From Gracilinanus agilis (Eukaryota): a DNA stretch of 64,000 nt. Position 1 is the stretch's first letter. The number at the start of each line of letters is the position of its first letter. Location of the stretch: positions 758,423,738 through 758,487,737 of the forward strand of contig NC_058130.1 in NCBI RefSeq assembly GCF_016433145.1. Direction: 5' to 3'. The notes below the pieces were generated by a model. That model saw only the letters and a list, made by a program, of their open reading frames with translations. It was not told the DNA's origin and made no database searches. This document shows positions 22,922-34,290 of this stretch, piece by piece. Made by a program: the position numbers and the translations under genes.

Positions 22922-23294
22922 GGTGGATGCCGCTGGTTTGTCCTAGAGCTACTCTTGGCTTTGGGGTGTACACAGGTCTCAGCCTTTACTTGAAAGCTTT
23001 GTGGGTTCTGCAGATTCTCCACCCCGACACTGGGAACTCTGAAAAAGAAGGAAGGAAGAGTAAGCAGAGACTTCCTAAAGGTTTGGCCAGTCTGGAAACC
23101 ACATAAATAGGAGCTGAGACTCGGTGTTCTCCAACCATGTGCAAATCTTACTCTTGAGTCCTGAATGGAAAGCATCAATTGTCTCTACCAGAGCCTCCAG
23201 AGGGCTGGGTTGTTGTTCCAGCACCATTTTGGGTACAACTTATGAGCTGGAATGGAAGGACTTGGCCACTGGCCACTTTCCATTGATTTTTTAA

Positions 23295-23487
23295 AAAACT
23301 CTTATCTTGTGTCTTGGAATCAATACTGTGTACTGGAAAGGGTAGAAGAGGGGTAAGGGCTATGTAATGGGGGTCAAGTGACTTGCCTAGGATCACACAG
23401 CTAGGAAGTATCTGAGGCTACATTTGAACCCAGGACCTCCCTTCTCTAGGCTTGGCTCTCAATCTACAGAGCCATTTAGCTGCCCTT
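23295..23487 (-). mobile_element. SINE1_Mdo-like
   Basis: Consensus match. Confidence 0.85.
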
Positions 23488-23639
23488 CCATTGATTTTTA
23501 ACCAAAAGATTTTCTGTTTGAATGACTTTGAAATAATTTTAATTTACTTTTTAATTTTTTAATTAATAAAATTTTTTTAAATTTTAATGAGTAAATACAA
23601 AAATAATTTATTATTTTAATATTTTCAAAAACCTATGGT

Positions 23640-23843
23640 GGAGTCAGCTAAGTAGCACTGTGGATAAAGGGATAAAGCTCCAGGTCTCGAGTTGGGAAGG
23701 CATGGGTTCAAATCTGGCCTTGGATTCTTCCTAGCTATATGACCCCAGGAAAGCCACTGAACCTTAATTGCCTAGTCCTTACCACTCTTCTGTCTTAGAA
23801 TTAATACTAAGACAGAAGGTAAGGGGTTAAAAAAAAAAAAAAG
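23640..23843 (+). mobile_element. SINE1_Mdo-like
   Basis: Consensus match, poly-A tail. Confidence 0.85.
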
Positions 23844-23907
23844 CTCTGGTACTCATCAGAAATCAATGGCTTATAATTCAAAGACACTTGAATTTTTACC
23901 TATACAT

Positions 23908-24125
23908 CAGTGATTCCCAAAGTGGGCGCCACCGCCCCCTGGTGGGCGCTGCAGTGATCCAGGGAAGCAGTGATGGCCACAGTGTGCATTTATCTTTCCT
24001 ATTAATTGCTATCTTATCTTTCCTATTAATTGCTATTAAAATTAAAAAAAAATTAATTTCCAGGGTGCTAAGTAATATTTTTTCTGGAAAGGGGGTGGAA
24101 GGCCAAAAAAGTTTGGGAACCACTG
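23908..24125. mobile_element. hAT (Charlie-type) MITE
   Basis: TIRs cagtgattcccaaagt / agtttgggaaccactg; flanks ctatacat / gtctacat (6 of 8 match). Confidence 0.85.
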
Positions 24126-24204
24126 GTCTACATATATACATTTACATACATGTAGGCATATGAACTTTCCCCTGTACATATAGGTCTACATATACATAGA
24201 GAGG

Positions 24205-25372
24205 GGCAGCGAGGTGGCACAGTGCATAAAGTGCCAGGCTTGAAGTCTGAAGGACCCAAGTTTTACTAGCTGCGTGACCCTAGACAAGTTGCTTAACCCT
24301 CTTTGCCTCGGTTTCCTCATCCATGAAATGGGCTAGAGAAGGAAAAAATGAAATTGCATGTATTGCTTTGATATCATTAACCATACACCAAGGGGATAAC
24401 ACATAAACCTGTAGGCAGTAAAGGTAACTATGATTTTAGAAAAAGTTAGCCCTAATGAGTGAATGAACTGCATATAAGCATAGCGGTAGATAAGGAGAGA
24501 GTGAGCTTAAGAGCTTCTGCTATCAGCCTTGGAATGTTAAGGGCACAGTTCGGCTGAATCCTGATTCCTGAAAAAGAGGACAAACAAGCATTGAGTTGGC
24601 TGCAGAAGATGGAATTTCTTACTAGTAGTATTTGCTCTTATAAGGATTTGTGTCAATAACAGGATCCTCAGATTTTTATGACCAAGAGAGGCACCTCTGG
24701 CTTATCTTTAAGCCGGTACAGTGAGTTAAGATCGATTATGTCAGTCTATTATTTATACTATCAATTAATCCTCATCAAATTCATTCCCATATTTACTGTT
24801 GTTGTTACTTCCACACTGCAATGATGGACCAAACTTGGGCCATACCATGGATCACACATTCTAGAGGATGGGGCAGAGAAAAGAGGCCCTAAAAAATAAA
24901 ATAAAATAAAATAAAATAGGCCCTGATCTTTGCAAATTCTTCTGATGTCCAAATAAGGAGTCTTAATTGGTGCTAAATTGCCAGGACAAGGACAAATGGG
25001 GACGACCTGTCGTAGACCTTTTATTAGAATTTACTACCTCTCTTGGCAAATATTTCCTAAGCTTTAGGAAATATTTTGGACATTTCGTTTTGTTAATCAC
25101 TTTTGTTAGTTAACTTGTCAAAAGCCTATAAAACAAACCGGGAACATCTATATGAGGTCTTTGCCACAGGCAAGGTGCGGTGACGTCTCCGACTCTATTT
25201 ACCCACGAAATAAAGTTGGATATTTTCAGCTCTGGATTATGGCCCAGATGTGTTTTTTTTTTTCTTACAAGAAGGAAATGACAAACCACTCCAGTATCTT
25301 GCCAAGAAAACCTCAAATGGAATCATGAGGAATCTGCCATGACTGAAATGACTAAACAACAACAAAAATACG
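24205..25372 (+). mobile_element. MAR1-type SINE split by an approximately 0.9-kb insert
   Basis: 5' part 24205-24345 ends gagaaggaaa; 3' part resumes gaaggaaatgacaaaccactccagtatc near 25270. Confidence 0.75.
24349..25269 (+). mobile_element. Solo-LTR-like element
   Basis: Starts TG, ends CA (25228 or 25269); TATAAAA at 25127; AATAAA at 25209; interrupts a SINE; no clean TSD found. Confidence 0.55.
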
Positions 25373-25376
25373 TATG

Positions 25377-25758
25377 TAGTTATCCCCTTCAACACTGCCA
25401 AGGTTAGGGGTGCAGCACCCACAAGTTCTAGAAAATCTGAGCCAAATGTTTTGGTTCTACCTTTGTACCAGAGAAGAAGTTTGAGGGTTTTTTTCTTTTT
25501 CTTTTATGGAATGTTTATAGTAAAAGAAATTGTGTATATTTATGGTATTTAAAAATAAAATATGATAAAAATGTACATACTATACATATATTTTATGCCT
25601 TTCTGAATGTCTAAACTTTGTCTACATCATCTACTATTGGACTTTTCCTGTCATCTAAGGCTTCCACAAATCTCCCTAAAAGTGCCCATTTAATTTCTGC
25701 CAACCTGTGAAATATATCAAAACCGTGATGGGGAAAGTCACAATATGGAAGGGATATG
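25377..25758. mobile_element. Old TIR-type non-autonomous DNA transposon relic (Tigger/pogo-like, tentative)
   Basis: Ends tatccccttc ... gaagggata are inverted; related to 16327-16766. Confidence 0.5.
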
Positions 25759-25819
25759 TGTGTGTGTGTGTGTGTGTGTGTGACACTTTAAAGTAACTTG
25801 TATAAAAAGAAATTTGTAT

Positions 25820-25866
<47 letters not shown>
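25757..25866. repeat. (TG)13 and (GA)n microsatellites
   Basis: Direct reading: 25757-25782 and 25820-25866. Confidence 0.95.
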
Positions 25867-25868
<2 letters not shown>

Positions 25869-25936
25869 TGTTATCTGACATTTCAAAAGAACTTCCTGTT
25901 TTAAGAAAGGAATAAAGGCAGAATAACTGCAAATAG

Positions 25937-26136
25937 GGGCAGCTGGGTAGCTCAGTGGATTGAGAGCCAGGCCTAGAGACGGGAGGTCCTAGGTTCAAAT
26001 CCGTCCTCAGACCCTTCCCAGCTGTGTGACCCTGGGCAAGTCACTTGACCCCCATTGCCCACCCTTACCACTCTTCCGCCAAGGAACCAATACACAGAAG
26101 TTAAGGGTTTAAAAAAAAAATTAAAAAAAAAAAAAA
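25937..26136 (+). mobile_element. Young full-length SINE1_Mdo-like element with TSD
   Basis: 17-bp TSD agaataactgcaaatag at 25920-25936 and 26137-26153; poly-A tail. Confidence 0.95.
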
Positions 26137-27639
26137 AGAATAACTGCAAATAGCCAATTCTCTCGAAATGATAAGATGCACCAAAAATTTAATTTATACC
26201 TAACTTTTGGGGAACTCATAGGACACTGTAAAGTTAGTATTTCTTCATTCTTTCAATCACCAAATATTTATTGAACCCCTACTCTATGGCACCATAGTAG
26301 ATGGTGTGGAGATACAAAAGAAAAAACCCAACAAATCAGGCCTTCTTGCTCCAGTGCCTGAGGCTGGAGGTGGGAAGCTGATGAAATGCCAGGTGAGCAG
26401 CAGACACAAAGGTGCTACAGGAAGGATGTGGGAAGGAGCAATCAGGGAAGGCTTCACAGAGAACATGGAACCTTGGCCCATGAGCCAAGGTTTTTTTTAT
26501 GGGGCGATGTCCAAGGTCAAGGCAATGACAAGGGACGGGGTTCGTGGCTCGGAGGCCCCCAACCCAAAGCCTTCATTCTGTAGACAAGGATGCTGCGAGT
26601 CCCGGGGAAATGGCGTGGCTTGTCTAAGGTCACAACAGGTATGAAATGGCGGAGGCATGATTTGACTCCAGGGAACACCCTTGCCACATACTTACAAAAA
26701 TGTTCCCTCTGTTCCTAAGGGAATGTCAGGGCATGGAAAATGGCAGAGCACAGGACCTTTAGTACCCCAAATGTCAGATCTGGAAGGGTATAAGAACTGG
26801 GAATGTCACAACTGGGAGGGCACTTAGAATACGGAGTGCCAAAACCAGGAGAGTGTTTAGAAATTGTCTAATCCAACTCTGTTTTCCTGATGAAGAAAAC
26901 GAGACAGAGAGACAATAAGGTTTCAGGGTGAGTTCGTGGTAAGGTCAGAACTCTTGGCTTCCAGCCCTCAATGTGCTAAATTCCAGATCTTTCCCACAAA
27001 CTCCAGTCTTTTCACCCTCGTGGCACCCAGAGCTCGGCAGTACTGTGCTATAGTTCTATTTCAGCTGATACAGATATGTCGACTCATCAAAACCCAACAA
27101 ATGTGTAGACTGTCCTTACTTTTAAGAGGTCTATTTTCAACCTGGCACGTCATTTGTTTCTTTAAGTAAAGGTAAAATGTCAGGTGGCCTCTGGAGAACA
27201 ACGAGGAGCCTCAGAAGACCAAAGCAAAGGATTAGAGTGGGAGACAAATGATGTATTAGATAGGATGGAATCTTGACCATCTTGGCTCCACACAGAATTG
27301 TAATTTCACAGCTAGCTCCCCTCCACGGGGCATTATCAAGTCCCAGAATCTCCCCCTGGAAGCTCACTCCACCCCTGGGCTACCTCTCACAAGGCCTCAC
27401 CTTCTCACTGGCTGCTTCCTCCCAGAACCTCTCATTTAAGGAGGAGGCCCAGGCTCAAGATATAGTCATCCTTCTTCTCCTGGCTGTATTGCTGGCTGAC
27501 TCAACTCCAATTCTCTCTTCTCTACCAGGTCCCCAGGCCATGTACCTCCTATGCCAGCTGCCTCCAGTCTCCAGTTCCCTCTTATTCATTGTCTTCCCCG
27601 GTTAGAATATGAGCTCCTTAGAGACAGGGACAGTTTATC

Positions 27640-27890
27640 TTTCTCTTTCTCTTTGGGTTGTTATTGTTCAATCTGTGTCTGACACTTCTTAACCCCATTT
27701 GAGGTTTTCTTGGCAAATATACTAGAGTGGTTGGCCATTTCCTTCTCCAGCTCACTTTACATATAGGGAAACTGAGGCCAGCAGGGTGAAGTGACTTGCT
27801 CAGGATCCCACAGCGAGGAAGTGTCTGATTTGAACTGGGAAAGATGAGTCTGGACTCCAGGTCCAGCACTCTCTTCACCACACCATGTAG
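27640..27890 (-). mobile_element. MAR1-type SINE
   Basis: gaggttttcttggcaaa...gagtggttggccatttccttctccagctca...gaaactgaggc. Confidence 0.8.
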
Positions 27891-28724
27891 CTGCTTCTAC
27901 TTGTAGTCCCAGACTTTAGTACAGAGCCAGATAGATAGTAGGACCTAAAAAATGCCTGCTAAAGGCACTAATATGGGATAATCCTGAAAGACTGCTGACG
28001 GGGAAGGCTCTCCATCTCCAGAGAAAGAACTGTCAGAGTTGTCTTTCACATCAGTGTTTTCATGGTTTTATTTGAGGGTTCGGGTTACCTACAGCTTTGC
28101 TTCTTGCAACAATGAGCAATATGGACGTGGGTTTTGCATGACAAAAAAAATAAATAAAATAAAATAAATGCTTGTTGATTAACTGGTTTCCTCTATAGAC
28201 TATCCAAAGCCTAATTTTTTTGGCAATTATGACCAATAAGGGAAGTATTTAGTGGAGAAAAGGAGAGATGCTGATTCTAGAGTCCAGGGACCTGGTTTCA
28301 AATCACACCTCTGATGCTTACAGAGTGATGTGGGGCAAATCACTTCATCTGGCTGGGCCTCTGTTTCTTCACTAGCAAGATGAGGGGGTTGGACTGGATA
28401 ACCTCAAGGGTCTCTTTCAGCTCTAGGTCCAGGATCCTGTCTTCTTGTTCTGAATACAGAAAAGGATGGGGAAAAGAAGGATGCTACTGTATCAAAGTTG
28501 CCCTATACATGCTGGAGGTTAGGGTGAACAGATGAGAAAGAACAGAAGCTTTATGGACCTGTGTTCAATTCTTTATCATTATTTCTATTTTGGTTTTACC
28601 TTGCATTCTCATTTTCCCATTTTCTTTTCCTAGGCTCACATTTTGAATGCCTGCCAAAAGAAGGTAAAATGTATGTTAAAAAAAATCCCTCCCCCCCCAA
28701 TATATATATATATACACACACCAG

Positions 28725-28920
28725 AGGCAGCCAGGCAGCTCAGTAGATACAGTGCCAGGCCTGAAGTCAGGAAGATCTAGGTTCAAATCTGACCTCAGAC
28801 ACTTCCTAGCTGTGTGACCCTGGGCAAGTCACTTCACCCCAACTCTCTGGCTCTACTGCTCTTCTGCATTGGAACCAATCTTTCTGTTGATTCTAAGACA
28901 GAAGGGAAGGGTTAAAAAAA
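28725..28920 (+). mobile_element. SINE1_Mdo-like
   Basis: Consensus match. Confidence 0.85.
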
Positions 28921-29339
28921 AGAATAGTATGGATAATACTTAGAACAGAGAACGTCAGAGCTGGAAGGATAAGATAAAATGTCCAAGACAAGAGAGTTCT
29001 CAGAACAAAGATCTGAAACAAACCTTTGAACACTGATTGTCAAGGTTGGAAGGGCTCTTAAGATCATAAAATAGCAGATCTGGGAAGGTCCTTGTGAGTC
29101 ATCTTGTCTCATCCTTCCATGGCACAGAGTTATTGGCCCCAGGTCACGACACACGTCCTATTAGTGGCAGAGACAGAACTAGGACCCAGGTTTACTGATA
29201 CCCAGTCCAAGGTTCTTCCTATGACATGCTTCTTTTCTTCTCTTTTCTCTTAAACGGTCAGAAGGGTAAGGTCCCAAATGATGTACACAGCATCATTTTT
29301 TATGAAGAAGATTTACTCATATAAAGGAGTCCAGGATAA

Positions 29340-31270
29340 GTATAGCTGAGGAGGGCATTTAGTAAAAATCAGAAGAGGCAGAATCAGAAATGAGATTATC
29401 ACTAGTGAACACTTGGAGACCACCTAGGCCAGAAATAAGAAATAGATCAGGAGTTTGGAAAATACCTCACATGTGTTATATGAGACTTCAATTATCCATT
29501 GAATGGGTAGTTAGAACTCCTGGAGTTCTCTAACCACCAAAAGTCAAACATCTAAAAATTTGACTAGCGTTCATAACAATTTCATCAATCAAAAAAGGGT
29601 GGAAGAGTGAACAAAGGAAAATTCTACCTAGATCTGGTTCTCACCAACATGGAAGTATTATAGGATGGAAATAATGGGAACCTCAGTAAAAAGAGAGGCC
29701 TGGAGATGGGAGATCCTGGGTTCAAATCTGGCCTCAGACACTTCTTAGCTATGTGACCCTGGATGGGGCAAGTCACTTAACCTCCTTGTCTAGTCATTAC
29801 TGCTCTTCTGCATTGAAACTGATAGTATCCATTCTAAGAGGTTTTTTAAAAAAAAGACATTGATAAGTTGTAGAGTGTTCAGAGAAGGGCATCATGCCAT
29901 ATAAGGACTGGTTTAAGGAAATCACTGAGGAGTGGGGGGAATGAAATGTTAGCAGTCTTTAGTTTATTTGAAGAAGAGCTGTTATGAAGAATTATTACAT
30001 TTGTTTCTGCTTAAATTAGGACACTAATGCATTGTTGGTAGAGTCATGAACTAATCTAAACATAGTGGAGGGCAATTTAGAGCTATATCCAAAGGGCTAT
30101 AAAACTGTGCATACTTGTAATATCATTACTGGGTCTATATCCCAGAGATCAAGGGAAAGGATCTACTTGTTAAAAAAAAATATTTACAGCAGTTCTTTTT
30201 GTTGTGTATTGAAGGGATATCCATCAATTGGAGATGGCTGAACAAATTCTGGTATATGATGGTGACGGAATACTATTATGCCATAAGAAGTGATAAGCAG
30301 GATGTCTTCAGAAAAAATCTGGAAAGAACTGCATGAATTGATGCAGAGTGAAATAAGTAGAACCAGGAGAATATTGTACACAGTAACAGCAATATTGTGG
30401 AATAATCAATTGTGATAGACAACTACTCTCAGCAATACAATGATCCAGGACAATTCAAAGGACTTATGACAAAAAATGCTATCCACCTCCAGAAAAAGAA
30501 CCATTGGAGTTAGGTGCAGATCAAAGCATACTATTTTTCACATTAGGTTATTTATGGTTTTATCACCAAGATTAACACACACACAAAAAAAAAAAACCTG
30601 GAAAGATTTATATGAAGGGATGCAAAGTGAAATGAGCAAAACCAGGAGACTGTTATACATAGCAACAACAATAATTATGATGATAAACTGTGAATGACTT
30701 AATTATTATCAGAAATGCAAGAAATCCAAGGGACTAATGATGAAAAGTTATTCACCCCTATAGATGGAATTTATGAAGTCTGAATGCAGAATCAAGCATG
30801 ACATTTTCCACTTTATTTCCTCCATGAATTTTTCTCTATTGTAAAGGGATATGTGTCTTCTTTTATAACCTGACACATATGGAAAAATGTATTTTGTGAT
30901 AACATATGTGTGATCTGTACCATATTGGCTGCTGTATTGGGGAGAGGGGGAGGGATGGGAAAGAGAGAGAGAACATGGATCAGAAAATGTCAGAAAATGA
31001 TTATTGAAAATTGTACTAACATGTAATGGGGGGGGTGGAATTAAAAATTAAAAAAAAAAGAGAGATTTAGGCCCCAAAATCAGGAAAAACTTTTCTAACA
31101 ATGAAAGGTCTCCTAATGTACAGTGGGCTATCTCGAGAGGTAGTGGGTTCCCCCTCATTAGAGGTCTTTAAGCAAAGACTAGATGAGACCATGTTAGGTA
31201 TGAGTAGACAGGGATTTTGTTCAAGTACAGTTTGGACTAGATGAGCCCTTTGATTCTCTATAGTCTTATG
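29340..31270 (+). mobile_element. Ancient L3/CR1 LINE fragments interrupted by SINE and L1 pieces
   Basis: Decayed endonuclease motifs DFNYP (gacttcaattatcca) and LDLVLTN (ctagatctggttctcaccaac) at about 29480-29650; CR1-like 3' end at about 31060-31270; L1 3' fragments at about 30040-31060. Confidence 0.65.
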
Positions 31271-31514
31271 ACTTCATGATTAAGACCTCAGAACTTGTTT
31301 CAAGTTCACAGCTAGAACAACCTTTGAGATCATCTAGTCTGATACCATCATTGGGCAGAGGATGAAATTGGTGGCCTAGAGAAATTCAAACATCTTGCAC
31401 AAGGTCACACATCATTAGTGGCAGGGTCAGGGTTTGAAGACATACAAACCAGGGCTTTTTATACTCCAATTTTATTTTTCTCTTCTTTCTTCTCATCAGG
31501 CTCCTCATTCTTTC

Positions 31515-31722
31515 TTTCCTTCTATTTAAAAAAAAAAAACTCTTACCTTCTGTCCTCGAATCAGTACTAAGTATTGGTTCCAAGGCAGAAGAGAGGTAAG
31601 AAGTAGGCAATGGTGGTTAAGTAACTTGCCCAGGTTAACAAAGCTAGTAAGTATCTGAGGATTAATTCTGGTCTTCCTGAATCCAAGCCCAGTACTCTAT
31701 CCACTGAACCATTTAGCTGCCT
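31515..31722 (-). mobile_element. SINE1_Mdo-like
   Basis: Consensus match. Confidence 0.85.
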
Positions 31723-31759
31723 CAAGCTTGGCAAATGCTTTAATAAATATTTATTGAAG

Positions 31760-31960
31760 GGGAGCAGCTAGATGGCACAGTAGATTGAGAGCTAAGCCTG
31801 GAGATGGGTTCAAGTCTGGCCTCAAACACTTCTTAGCTGTGTGATCCTGGACAAGTCACTTAATCCTCATTACCTAATCTTTACCAATCTTCTGTCTTGG
31901 ACCAATACACAGTATTGATTCCAAGACAGAAGGCAAAGTTTTTAAAAAATAAATTTAAAA
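31760..31960 (+). mobile_element. SINE1_Mdo-like
   Basis: Consensus match. Confidence 0.85.
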
Positions 31961-32523
31961 ATACATACTTATTGAAGGAAAGACTGATTTTAGGGAATGA
32001 CCCAGTAGGTGGAGTTGGAGTCTGCATCATTTCAAATCCCTCACATCAAAAATAAATTCAGTGGATGATTACAGCAAATTAATGGGCCTGGGGGCCAGAA
32101 GACTACTAGATCAGTCCCTGATTTGCCCTTTATCTGGCCCCGTGAGTCTGGATCTCTTTGTGCCTCGGTTTCCCTATTTGCATACTGAAAGGATTGGATC
32201 TGAGACCCCTTCTAACTCATATATTCATATTTGCTTCTAAGTTCACTTCCTGGCTCTGCCTTCTGGGGTCTCATTTCCTCGTTTGTAAAGCCAGGGGGTT
32301 AGATCAGATGTCCTCTGGGGTCCCTTCCAACTGCGAACGCGATAAGAAGGGCTCATTAGCTTAGTCCTCCAGGAGACCCAGAGGCAGAGCGATGGACGCC
32401 CGTGACAGTTAAGTCGAACAAAAGTTCTTCCCTATCCACTTTCTCTTCCAAAGAGCAGAATTTCTTCTCTGTTGTTCTGTCACCCAGTTCGTTCCACTAC
32501 CACCCCCAATCATCTACACTTAC

Positions 32524-32650
32524 CGGCCCTCGCAGCTTTGGGGCTTCCCTCTCCTTCAACCACTCCTTCCTAAGTCTCCAGCGTGGCGGCGTTGCTAAGC
32601 TACGGATAAACATTAAAACCAGACCGACCACATCCGGGGCGTGACTTTGT
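32524..32650 (-). other. IQCD: Putative non-coding exon 1 of IQCD
   Basis: Strong minus-strand donor CCG|GTAAGT at 32524/32523 at the edge of the CpG island; the 5' end is a guess. Confidence 0.5.
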
Positions 32651-33500
32651 GGTTCAGATTGACTTGACCAGTCACCATTCACTATCCGGCATTTTCCTGT
32701 TAAGAGTCGAGCCAATCGAGAGAGCCGTGAGTGCGACAGTTCCAAGACTATTCTACTAGCCAATAGAAAAAGCCTAGACAGATGCTCGTTAGGCTGAGAA
32801 GGGAAGACTCGCGGAGAAGGCGGGAGAAGGAAAAGGGGAGGAGATTTGCACGAGGCATACAAGAGGCGGGGAAAAGAGCAGATTACCCAATCAGAAACCC
32901 GCAAAGTCTCCGGAAGAAAGAAGAGGGAAAGCCACACCTTCAGGCTGGAAGGGGCGGGGAAAGAGGAAGGGCGTTTACTGGAACCAATCATAGGTCCCTA
33001 AGGCAGACGTTGCAAACAATAAAAATTTGGAGCCTTAGGTATCATCCCCTTGAGGAGGGAGAGGGCGGGGAAAATAGAAAGGTCCAATGAGAGCACTTTA
33101 TGGTGCAGTCACGTAACCAACGAGTCGCAGGGAAGGGGGAGGAGGATCATTTCGGTCCCTGGAGAACGGAAGGGAAGAGAAGAAGAGGTGGGTGAAGTGG
33201 GCGGGGAAAATGGAAGGACGTTTCATCCGACCAATCAGAGAGCTGCTGTTTCCGCCCGGACAGTCAATGGCCTCCGGGAAGGAGGCGGAGCTACGACTGA
33301 GACTGGAGGTGTTGGGGGGGAGGTGGAGAAGGGGACGGATGAAAATCGGCGCAGCTGTGGCGGTGGCGGCCCCGGCGTTTTCCTTCTTTGGGGCGGCAGG
33401 TTCAGGTCCTGCCGCTGCTCCGCGATTCTCTGGCGGCGCCTCGCGGGAGGTTCGATTCGAAGCCCAGTTCGAGGTCGCTGCTTGCAGGGGCGTCTCCTGT
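32580..33500. promoter_or_regulatory. Bidirectional CpG-island promoter, IQCD/TPCN1
   Basis: CpG-rich. CCAAT at 32712, 32760, 32887, 32984, 33084, 33231; GGCGGGGAAA four times; X-box-like GTTGCTAAGCTAC at 32591. Confidence 0.85.
33280..33498 (+). other. TPCN1: Putative non-coding exon 1 of TPCN1
   Basis: CpG-rich segment after the CCAAT cluster, ending at a possible donor CCT|gtaagg (33498/33499); both boundaries uncertain. Confidence 0.4.
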
Positions 33501-33668
33501 AAGGACTCTGGGAGAAGTCGGGGGTCGGAGGTCAAAGGGCACAGGGTGTGGGGTACACACGTGCAAAGGGGATGTCAGACGTGGCACTGAGGCCGGAAGG
33601 GGACAAAGGATGACTCCGGGTTCCTAACTCAGTCCCTCCGCTTCGTCATGCCTTCCCAGGAGCCGAGG

Positions 33669-34290
33669 TCTAGAGCTGGAGGGACCTTAGAGAGATCATC
33701 TGGTCCTTTTTACAGATGGAGAAACTGAGATCCGGGGAGGGAAGTAACTGGAAATCATAGGATCCACATAACGAGCTGGAAGGGACATTAGAGATCACCT
33801 AGTTCATTTTACAGATGGAGAAACTGAGGCTCAAGGATCCCACATCTAGACCATAAAGGGGCCTTAGAGATCATCTGGTCGATTTTACACGTGGGGGAAA
33901 TTGAGGTTTAAGTGGAGAGAAGGGACCGAGGGTCATAGGATCCTAGATCTGGAGCTGGAAGAGACCTTAGAGATCATCTGGTTCCATAGAGGGGGAAACT
34001 GAGGCCCAAGGGGAGTGATATAACTGGGCATCAGATCCCATATCTAGAGCTGGAAAGGATGTTTGAGAACATCTAGTCCATTTTACAGATTGGGAAAGTG
34101 AAGTCCAAGGGAAAGGGAAGTAAAGGGGGTAGGGGGTGTCCTAAGATCTTAGATCTAGAAGCTAGAAAGGTCCTCAGGCCATCTAGTTCAATAGTCCCTG
34201 TCCCCAATGGGGAAACTGAGCCCCAAGGAAAGTGAAGGCATTTCCTTAGTTTCACCCACAGTAAGAATTTGAACCCAGGACCTTTGGTTC
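33669..34290. repeat. Degenerate tandem array of about 6 MIR-core-like units (about 90-110 bp)
   Basis: gagctggaagggaccttagagatcatctagt...ttttacagatggagaaactgag unit recurs near 33672, 33772, 33855, 33950, 34045, 34155. Confidence 0.8.

Noticed and set aside
25937-26010. tRNA-like A/B boxes at SINE heads (here and at many other copies)
   Set aside because: tRNA-derived SINE heads followed by SINE bodies and tails; no cloverleaf
33339-33498. ATG-initiated MKIGAAVAVAAP... frame in putative TPCN1 exon 1
   Set aside because: TSS and donor are uncertain; it cannot reach the TPC1 frame because of in-frame stops in exon 2
33669-34290. Repeat-spacer appearance resembling a CRISPR array
   Set aside because: Units are about 100 bp, degenerate and SINE-core-like; no cas genes; mammalian context
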